In this document: in pieces, positions 54,217 through 64,000 of the stretch | How the letters are laid out: every line of letters begins with the position of its first letter | How positions within the stretch are numbered: position 1 is the stretch's first letter | Source of the DNA: Chrysomallon squamiferum | Taxonomy: Eukaryota; Animalia; Mollusca | Direction: 5' to 3' | Assembly (NCBI GenBank): GCA_012295275.1 | Contig: CM022670.1 | Span: 868,001 to 932,000, forward strand | Length of the DNA stretch: 64,000 bases | Notes under the pieces: generated by a model | The model's input: only the letters and a program-made list of their open reading frames with translations | Databases searched by the model: none | What the model was told of the DNA's origin: nothing | Translations under genes and position numbers: made by a program

Positions 54217-56268
54217 GACAAATACAGTAGCTTTTGAACATAAATTTATATAACATTTTTGAAAACTGTCTTATGCTATTATTCCGTTAGTCTTGGTCTT
54301 TTTTAAATTAGTCGAAATTTAAAACTGAGGATAAAAAGTTCACCTTTCAATGCCGCTTGTGCTTTCACTTGCTCAAATACGTCGCCCGCAGGGTGCGAAT
54401 CTCCTGTAATAATAATTATTTTTATTTGGATACTATTTGTAATAGTATTTATATAATTAAATTGTTTTCTTTTAAATTTGCTGTTCACTTAAAATGCAAT
54501 GACATATTTTTTACCCACTTTAAGATTCTGCCTTTGGATAATTTTGTCATCACTGTTGATAAATGGATTGAGATATAACATATTAGTTATTATTATCGTC
54601 ATTATATATCATATATTGTTATTATATCATCATCATTACAATTATTACTATTGTTATTATTATTGTTATTATTATTATCATCATCATTATCATTATTATA
54701 ATAATTATTATATAATGTCGATATTAGATGTCATTATCATAACAATCATCAGTATTAATACTAGTAGTTGTAGCAGTAGCAGCAGTAGTAGTAATATTCT
54801 TTTCATCTTCAAATTTCACTCTTTCGTCATAGAATGTGACGTCTAGTTTAACTTTCACATCCGGGTTATCACGACTCGGTTTACACGACTGTCCAGAAAC
54901 TGTGGCTATGATCAGACACGTCAAGATAAGAAGTTTCTGAAATTAAACATACACACGTACATACATAATACGTACATACATACATACACATAGTATAGAT
55001 ATACATACACATAGGTACACATACGTATACACTCACACACACACATATATACACACATAGACTTGGGTACCGGATCTACAGCGATCTGCAGAAAGACCAG
55101 ATTCAGGCTTCACAACATAATAAAATCTCAGTCTACGTTCAGTAGCGAACAAACAAAAAGTGAATATTAAATCCGAACTAACCTAGACTGCGATTCCAAA
55201 AATGTTGTGTGTTTGATGACATGCAATTTGTGTATAACACAGTACGTCGGCCAAACACAAAATATGTTACGAGTTAGAACTGCTTGTCACAAATACAATT
55301 TTAGGCATGAAGTTGACATTCGAGTCGCCAAACATTTTAACCTACCTGGTCATATATTGAAGGATCATTTTGAAATAATCCCAATAGAGCAAACGCCCAT
55401 TCTCGGTTCCAAAAACTGAAACTGGTCTCGTTAGACTTGAACGAGAAGCGATTTGAATTTGCACGTTACAAACCCAAGAGCAATTGGGAAACAATGTTGA
55501 ATCGGGAAAATGTAAAAAGAAAGATAAAATAATTTCTCCAGTAAATTTCAATCGCAGCAACGTTGACGTTGGTAAAATTATCATAGGAGCAGACTGCTAT
55601 GAAAAATCCACTAACAGCAAGTGACGTCACAGCTTAAACCCAGGTCTAAAATACATTTTAGTCTGTACGAGATTTTCTGAATAATATGTCTGTGTAAAGT
55701 TTTGTTTCCAAAGTATTTACGACTTAATTCAATAAAAGGTACGGAAATGCTTTAAAATGTTTTCAAAGGATATGTACTTTTTTACGAATTTTTGGTATGG
55801 GTTATTTATTTTTTTTTTTTTTTAAATGTTACTTTTTTACAGGCATTAAGAAAGGATATCCTTCAAATACAGTTGAAAATAGTTTTAAATAGATTTTTGA
55901 AATGTTTTTGTTTCTAGAAGTGTATTTGTATTAAATGTTACAATATTTTATAGATTGTTTTTTCAGAAAGGATAGTTTCTAAATTGTTTTTGAAATATTT
56001 TTAAATAGACTTAGAAATTTAGTGTTTTGCTCAAGAAATGTATTTTTAATAATTTCTGAACGCTTTTGTATACAATTTTAAAACGTTTTATGCATGTAAA
56101 TAAATATTTTTCAAAATATGATAACAAAATAATAAATATATAGAGAAAGGACCAAAGCACACTGTAATAAACATTACAATGGTCAATTTTAAGTTGTAAA
56201 AGAATTTCCTGTGCCAGTGCGTTCTCTAATTCTTAAATAGAGACATGTCAAGTTATTTGAAAATATTG

Positions 56269-56344
<76 letters not shown>

Positions 56345-56487
56345 CCCCTATAAGTAAACTAATTTTAGATTTAACGGTTTACTGGAATCGTAAATAAAGA
56401 AATCAGACAAGATATTCTGAAAGCCGAAATGATTAAACTGCGAAAAATGACTAAATAAACAAACAAACAAACACGAGTACTTACCAT
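53117..56487 (-). CDS. Gene D: paralog of B, possibly intact; exons 56487-56485, 54936-~54763(?), 54403-54344, 54182-53900, 53339-53117
   Basis: Open exons with the full Cys pattern and RKKR, plus an extra symmetrical 60-nt exon GDSHPAGDVFEQVKAQAALK. The exon-2 donor used in B is absent; only a weak in-phase A|GTATTA lies downstream. Confidence 0.65.
55060..55730 (+). mobile_element. 3' fragment of the same Penelope-like family, in intron 1 of gene D
   Basis: Reverse-complement match to ~29385-30060; GIY-YIG peptide CNLCITQYVGQTQNMLRVRTACH. Confidence 0.92.
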
Positions 56488-57720
56488 TTTTGCTTACTTT
56501 ATTACCACTGTTCTGAATGGTTTTTTTGATCACATCACAGTCTCAGATTTTATAGCAAAACTGCCAATATAATTAACATACTAATTATCATCTCTTTGAA
56601 CTGAAGGGAAATTTTAACCAATAGAATAAATCACAAAGCTCTTTACTTGTCATTATTTACATCCACCCGCCCCACATTCACTTCAGGTCAAGGCTGTGTT
56701 TGACCAATAAAATCACGAAGCAGTTTCCTTGTTTTTAACACCCTTTTGTACGTGACGAACACACCCTGAAAACAACAAAGACTTTACTATGGGTATTTAT
56801 TTTAAAATTCATATATGTGCATTTTAAAACATGTTCCCTGGAGTTACATAATATTTATAAGCATTAAAATCTTTTAATAAATTAATTGTAGTCTGCTGGT
56901 ACAAAAAGACACTTTTCTCATGAGAGGAAATTTTACTGGATAAACAAACAAAATAGTTTTAAAAAAATAATAATAATCATAAATAAATAAAAGGAAGTCA
57001 GTAATGAGAAAATAATGTTTCAAAAATTTCATAACATGTAAATAATAGAAAAAATTGTCAGCATATTGTCAGTTTTTGAATTAATTATCAACTGATAGAA
57101 CCTTTTCGTACGTACATAATATCCTTCAAAAATAAACATTATGAGAGAAAGAGAATGAACACGAGAGGGAAAAGGGGAAGAGAGAGAGAGAGATAAACAG
57201 CTAGAGAGAGAGAGCAGGCTGTTTACTTTATTAAATTGTATATTTTTGTTACCAACGTATACACATTGCTGAAAAAGATTATAACAAATTGTAGTTAAGT
57301 TAAAATGACAAAATGGCGGAAACTGAAATTTCTAAATCCGCCCATAGTGAACTAATTACAAGACAGATTTCACTCAGCTAAGGTCACAGTACTTCAGAGG
57401 TGTAGACCTATGCCAGAATAGATTTAGAATCCGTTTCTTGCTCTGTTTGAAAAGATTTCAGATGTACAGTTGACAGTAACAAACTAATAAAATTGTTTAT
57501 CATCACAAATATCTAAATATTTTATATTCAGTCGATAACGACAGAAATATGATGTGTGTTCACTGAAGTCTTTAAATTGTTTTGGATTATGCGTGTGTTT
57601 TTGTGTGCGTCTGTGTGTATAAGTGGAATATCGTGAATTTTGTCTCGTTTTACTGTACAATTATTAAACTGCCTGACTGAAACAAAGAGAGAAATATACC
57701 TTATTTGGGAAATACGTAGT

Positions 57721-57834
<114 letters not shown>

Positions 57835-58442
57835 AAGCACATACACACACACGCGAACGAACGCATGTATTTACAATAACATAGAATATCTTTCTCAGAT
57901 TATACATACATCACTATACTATTCACATCACTTGACAAGAAACAAGTTAACAGAATTCTGTTAGTCGACTTTAAAAAAACAAAGTATGTATTGTTGATGT
58001 AATCATACATTGCTTCATGTCAAAGTCTAGTCATGCATAAAGCAATAACCTTTTCGTGATGTTTGTCCGCCCAAACATCTAAAAATATTAAACTTATAAA
58101 AACAGTTTGTTTCTGCTGTATAAGGTCAACCAGCAAGCCTTAACTGACCCCATAAACGAGTATCGACCACATTGGTTATCTATACATAAAGACAGACATA
58201 AACGAATAAATATTAGAATAAATATTTTTCATTAGATAAATAAATAAATAAAATAAATAAAAAGGTGTACATTCAGCAGGAAAGAGGCATTTTTTAGAAC
58301 AATACTGGTGTCCCACTATCTATACAGACAGGTAGATATAAAGTACATAATTTTGTATTATTAATAAAAAAAAAGATAAAAAAAGATGAGGCAGTTTTAT
58401 GTTCATCATGTGATGTTTGAATATTTTTACATAATAATAATC

Positions 58443-58528
<86 letters not shown>

Positions 58529-59031
58529 AAAAAGAAGATATTTACATCAAAAATGTTCTACTTACAGTCTAAGCAGGATGATAAATGACTGTTATCAGAG
58601 AATCGTAAACAAGTAATTTTTCTTTTTCAAGAAAACTTTTAAAAAATTAAAGAAATAAATTAAAAGGATACGGTACCTTTATATTCATCATCTGTCATAT
58701 GCTGTTTGAAATTGTTTTTTTATTATTTTTTTCTCCTCCCTTTATTTATTTCTTCTGAATACGAAAAGTGAAAGTGCACGTATTAAATCAGGATATGCAT
58801 GAAGACTAAACAAGAGAACGAGGTGTCCTCATTCATTAATCTTGGTTCCGAAGACGATGTAGGTACGACATTGATGGAGAAGATGCTGTCTCCGCAATTC
58901 TGATTGGCTAAACAACTTAGCGATTTTCAAATAAATTAAGAATTTAACTGTTCCGAAACATCCAGCATAAAGTTATTCAAAAATAAAGAACTAAGACGTT
59001 CTTACAGAGTTGTAGATATCACGTTTCTACA

Positions 59032-59569
59032 ATGGTAAGTGTATTTATCACAATAATTTACTTCATTTTTATTTATATATTTTTCATATTTATTTGAAAT
59101 ATGAAATGATATTGAAACTCTATTCGTAAGTAATAATTTAGAAAAAAATTGGAATTATACGAATATGTCAGAGAAAATAGGAGGACAGAAATGAAAATGA
59201 GAACTGGCAGATAAGAGATTCCATTGCGAACACGAAGTGAACAGAACAGTGTAAGGCAGGGATGCAGCATCTTTCCTTCTTTTTAACTGTTTTTTTTTTT
59301 TAAATATCTCTTTTCTTCTCTTGTTTATTTAGGTAGATATAACTGCCAGATGGGCAAGAGAAGGTAAGATCACAAAGATCTCTTACTTATTTCAGTGATG
59401 AAATTTGTTTCCTTTTGTCTTTCAGAAACTTTTGTTAATTTTGTGTTTGGTGAAAGCTGCGCTTTCGAACCAATGTCCCGCAGCCATGAGCAACCGCGAA
59501 GTGAAGTTTGGCAGTGACATGACATTTCTTACCGACAGTGTTCTGTCTGCCAAAAGGTAAAATTGACTG

Positions 59570-59608
<39 letters not shown>

Positions 59609-60698
59609 GCAACAACATCAATATAAAAATATTGTAATAGTAGTAAGAAGAAGAACAATAATAAGAACAACACTTCATTCTACAACAACAATGATGATGA
59701 TGCTTGTAACTAATAATTAATAATAACGATAACAAAAACAAAAACAAAAGAATTAGTAGTAGTAGTTCTAATAGTACTGGGTTTTGTACGTAATTAAATG
59801 AAACAGTAATTTATTTATTTCGGACAGTGCTGTAGAAGTCAAGGCGGAGGCTGATTTTGCACAGAAAGTGGGGCACGAAATAACGTCATCGAGACACTGT
59901 GTTCCAAATGCAAATTGGCCTGTCGTGAAATGTGAACCGTGCCAGCCGAATGCGAGGTACTTGAAGACTTTCTTTCATTCCACTTGTTTTGTGATCTATC
60001 CACACATTCAGAAAGTGAGGACGACGAGATGCACGTAAGTAAACAAATTCATTTAACTAGTAAAAGAACACAAATGATTTAAATTAGTTAAATTGTTTTT
60101 AAGAGAGATAAATGACGTTACATTGATGCTGGTACGTAATATATAGTGATTCTGAATTAATCTGATAGACTTTCAAATGTTGTTTTGTTTATACAACTTA
60201 GCCTTTACCGATAATAAAGCAGGATAAAATTGATCGAAGCTGCCGTTTTCATTCTTTCTTTGGTTAACAGAGACGTCAGTGTAAAATAAAATCTTAGACC
60301 TGCATAGCAACGATATCATAAACAACTTTGCCAATATTCCAGGTAAAGAAAGAAAAGTAAATGTAAAGTTTTGTCGTACTGTCAGAAGTTTCTGTTCTGA
60401 ACATGATATTACAGTTTAGAAGAAAGAAAGGAACATTGCAGAGTAAGTTCATCATGCACACTAATCTGTTATACTTTTTTTAAAAATTACTTCTATTAAA
60501 ATTTCCCTTTTTGTCACACACAGCTATTCTCGGTGTAACCATCCGTGTCAAACCGGACACACCCAGTGCTTACCGACAGAATGGCATGCGGTTTGGTTCT
60601 GGGGATGGTGCCATAGAAGCATTGGGGGGTGGCGTGCTGGGCTCAGCTACCACTACCTATACCTCCCCCAAGACTGTACTTGTTACAAGAACCTGTAA
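59032..60698 (+). CDS. Gene F: secreted cystine-knot precursor, ~171 aa; exons 59032-59034, 59426-59556, 59828-60034, 60524-60698
   Basis: ATG|GTAAGT; signal MKLLLILCLVKAALS. Domain KCEPCQPN...TCFVIYPHIQKVRTTRCTYSRCNHPCQTGHTQCLPTEWHAVWFWGWC...YLYLPQDCTCYKNL*. In phase (516 nt); not visible in the ORF track. Confidence 0.87.
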
Positions 60699-61542
60699 TG
60701 AAAGAAGATACAAAGAAATAAAATGTGTGAAATAACTGAAACAAATTAAGTAAACGTTAAAATTTGAAATCTCATCAACGATTTAAAATTAAAGTTTGAA
60801 AGTATTCATTTCTTTCTTCTTTTGTTAATAAATTAGCTGCATTCTAATTTTGTCTTTTTGTCTGTTTGTGCAGATCACAATACACAAATATGTCGATAAA
60901 GGTTTTTATGGGGTAAATTAATAGTTGATGATTGACTGATACAGTTTTTAAGGGTCGAAAATAAAGAGAGACAATTTCAGTTTTAGAAACTCATACACAA
61001 CTAATGCTCACCAGTTTTGTATCAAATGTAAAAACTCTTCTCAAATATCTCCAAGCATTCCGTTCCTTTTTATAGAACAAATAATAATAAGAATATTAAC
61101 AACAAGTTTTTGAAATAGTTTTAAACAGATTTAGAACTGTAATGTTTTGCTCAAGAAGTGCATTTGTGTACATGTCTGATCGCTTTTGTATATAATTTTA
61201 AAAGGTTTCATGCATGTAAATAATTTTTTTTTTTTTTTAAATATGATAACAAAATAATAAATATACAAAGGACCAAAGCACACATTAGAGTGGTCAGTTT
61301 TAAGTCAGCTCGAATTCCTAGAGATAAAATTAGAAAATGATTAATGTTTTTTAAGAATAATAAAAGAACTTCCTGTACCAGTGCGTTCTTTAATTCTTAA
61401 ATACACACATACATACATATACACAAACACATACATAGACACAAACACATACATACATACAGTATGCGAAAGGCCATGCTTATAAGAGTGAGAGAGAGAG
61501 ACTATGTATGATTAAACGCATTCTAAAATGTATAACTTATTT

Positions 61543-61577
<35 letters not shown>

Positions 61578-61997
61578 AATAAATAAATAAATAAGTAAAT
61601 AAATAAATAATCAGATAAAATTTTTAATAATTAGATAAATAAGCAAATAAAAAGAAAGAAATGCTATTAAAATTACAAAATTATTGAACACATACTATTA
61701 TGTTTGATAATCCACTGGTAATAATACTACTGTCAATAATTATAAAAGGAAATTGCCTAAGATAATACAACAGGAAAAGCACACGCACACACACAGTCAC
61801 ACACACACAGACAGAAACACCCCACACAAACAAAGTTTATCGATTAACCAGACCTGTTTTATCTAAACCATATCAAATTTTCATAAGACGAACCTACAAT
61901 ACTAATTAGAACCGTATTAATACTAGTTTTAATTATCACATATTCCTCTACCATTTTATTTATTTAAATCTCACACACACAGATATAGTTATGCATA

Positions 61998-62075
<78 letters not shown>

Positions 62076-62714
62076 ACAGTAATACATTTCCTTTTTTTGT
62101 GAATTTTATTAAACAATAGGAATTTCAGTAATAAAACAAAGTTCAGTTAACGTTCCCTTCATTTACTATATATTGATTAATATCCCGCAAGCTGTACAGT
62201 TAATCATTATATCACGATAACCTTTGTGCTTTTATTAATCCGGAAGTGACCCAAAATGTACTAATTTCCTACTCAGTTACGATCTACAGTCTTACGAGTT
62301 AGGTAAAGTTTTAAAAATTAGTTCTGTTAATACATGCATAATTTTGCTTTAATGTGATTACGTTTATGAAAAGAAATAGTAAGGAAGGAATAAATAAATC
62401 AGTGCATTCGGATTTGGGACATATTTCTTAAATTAAAATATTCTAGATTGTACTAGTGCTGGAAGGGAGATTACTCTTAACAGATTATTGTGAAATGCTG
62501 GCGTAAACATACTTGTTTATAAAATTAAACTTCCTGTTTGAAAACAATAATCATACTCAATAACCATTATTTATTTAATTTTTAAGAATGTATTAGAGTT
62601 ATTATTATGTAAAAACAAATAATTATATTTGATAAATTTTTCCTGTCGATTGTTAATAAATATTGATTCTATTAAAGTGTAAAATAAAAATAGTATTTAC
62701 AGGGTACCAAACTC

Positions 62715-64000
62715 AGGCTGCATAGACTTATTAGGTGTCATCCCAGAAAAGCTATTGTAAATATAGATGTTATTTTTAGCATGCAGTAAACGAATTCGTC
62801 GGAACTTCATTTTATAAGTCGGAGAAACGCAACACATACAAGTTCATGTAAAATTTACAGTTTTATTTACATATTAAATGAATCACACAGTGTAAGAAAC
62901 CAGAAACAAGCATTACTCAACTTCATTTAAATGTTGCCATAAATTCTTTACTTCATTATAGATTTATTGATTTTTGTGAATAAATTTAAAATAAAACACC
63001 ACTGTTGAATTGTTTTGTTAAGCGTTTATTAGATTTTTGCTTAAGACATTGTATATTATCGCGTGCAAAAACCTTGAAGATTAAAACTACAAAACCTCGT
63101 CATTTAAAATAAAAAAGCTCGAAGTTCTGTCAGATGCAAAGACAGACAGAAGAGTGGCAAGTGAGGACACGTGAAAAGCTAATCCCATTAAACTGCAGTG
63201 TACATTGTCACAAAACAGCAGCACCTAGCCCCAAAGCAGTGTCAAGACTTAAAGATGCAGACAGAAGAGAAACAAGGTGAAGAAGACAGACAGTCGACCA
63301 CCTTATGGGAAGTGTTTGAAGACAAAAGTGGACAAAATGAAGAAGAAACAAAATGGGAGATGTCTGGATCTCTCATTTTTTCTCTCTCTCTCTTTTTTTT
63401 TTTTTTTTTTTATTTTTTCACGATACGGACATCAACTTGAGTCAGAAAACGATTTCAGATCAGACTACAAGTTAAAGATTCATGCATAGCCTGGACTTCC
63501 CCATCCCTATGGCGATCAAAGAAAAGTGTGTTTTAGTTATTCGCTTTTTCCCAGCTATGTGTATAGTACAGACGGCAAGTACTCAAATAATGTGTCGTTC
63601 GTCTGTGTGTGTGTGTGTTATTTATTTAAAAAAAAATTTAATTTTTATTTATATATATATTTTTTTTTTTTGTTGATTCGTGCTGTTTTGTATGACTATA
63701 ATTTTTCATATGACTACATTTTTCTTTTTGCCATTCGAAACGACCCCGCCCACCCACACACCCTGTTGCTCGTTAGGCCAGGGTTACTAACAAACTTGGT
63801 GTGTTCTGGGGATATCTGACTTATTATGTCTACATTCAGTGATGTATATATGTTTTCTGCATTTTGTTTTGTATAAATCATCTGTTGTCACGTATGTATT
63901 TGTCCGCACCTACGACCACCGTGAAAGTTGGCGCCCTAAACGCTAACGTCCCTTATATTTAATCAGCTAAGTAAATAAAAAATACAGATTATTTGTTTTA
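62715..64000. repeat. Block X, copy 3 (array continues past the window edge)
   Basis: Alignable to copies 1 and 2. Confidence 0.9.

Overview
AT-rich, microsatellite-rich animal genomic DNA with spliceosomal introns, probably a mollusc (inferred only from repeat content). The ORF track shows only exon fragments, so all gene models were assembled by hand from splice signals and reading phase. Left part: a 10-coding-exon CEP44 gene on the minus strand, whose last intron has a GC donor and contains a complete U2 snRNA gene. The rest is a lineage-specific cluster of six paralogous genes (A-F) for secreted, dibasic-site-bearing, Cys/Trp-rich precursors with a Spaetzle/NGF/coagulogen-like cystine-knot signature. 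A, B and F look intact, D is uncertain, and C and E are disabled. They lie in a ~11.5-kb tandem duplication that includes head-to-head pairs. Between A and B is a ~14-kb block that the other repeat units lack. It holds an initiator tRNA-Met variant, a Tc1 transposon, a Penelope-like retroelement and an 11-exon gene for a ~620-aa secreted protein (Cys module + unnamed KPVVLVLSxYEPVxW domain, twice, around an ABI3BP/FNDC1-type C-terminal domain). The cystine-knot array plus this nested secreted protein is the best candidate for an undescribed system.
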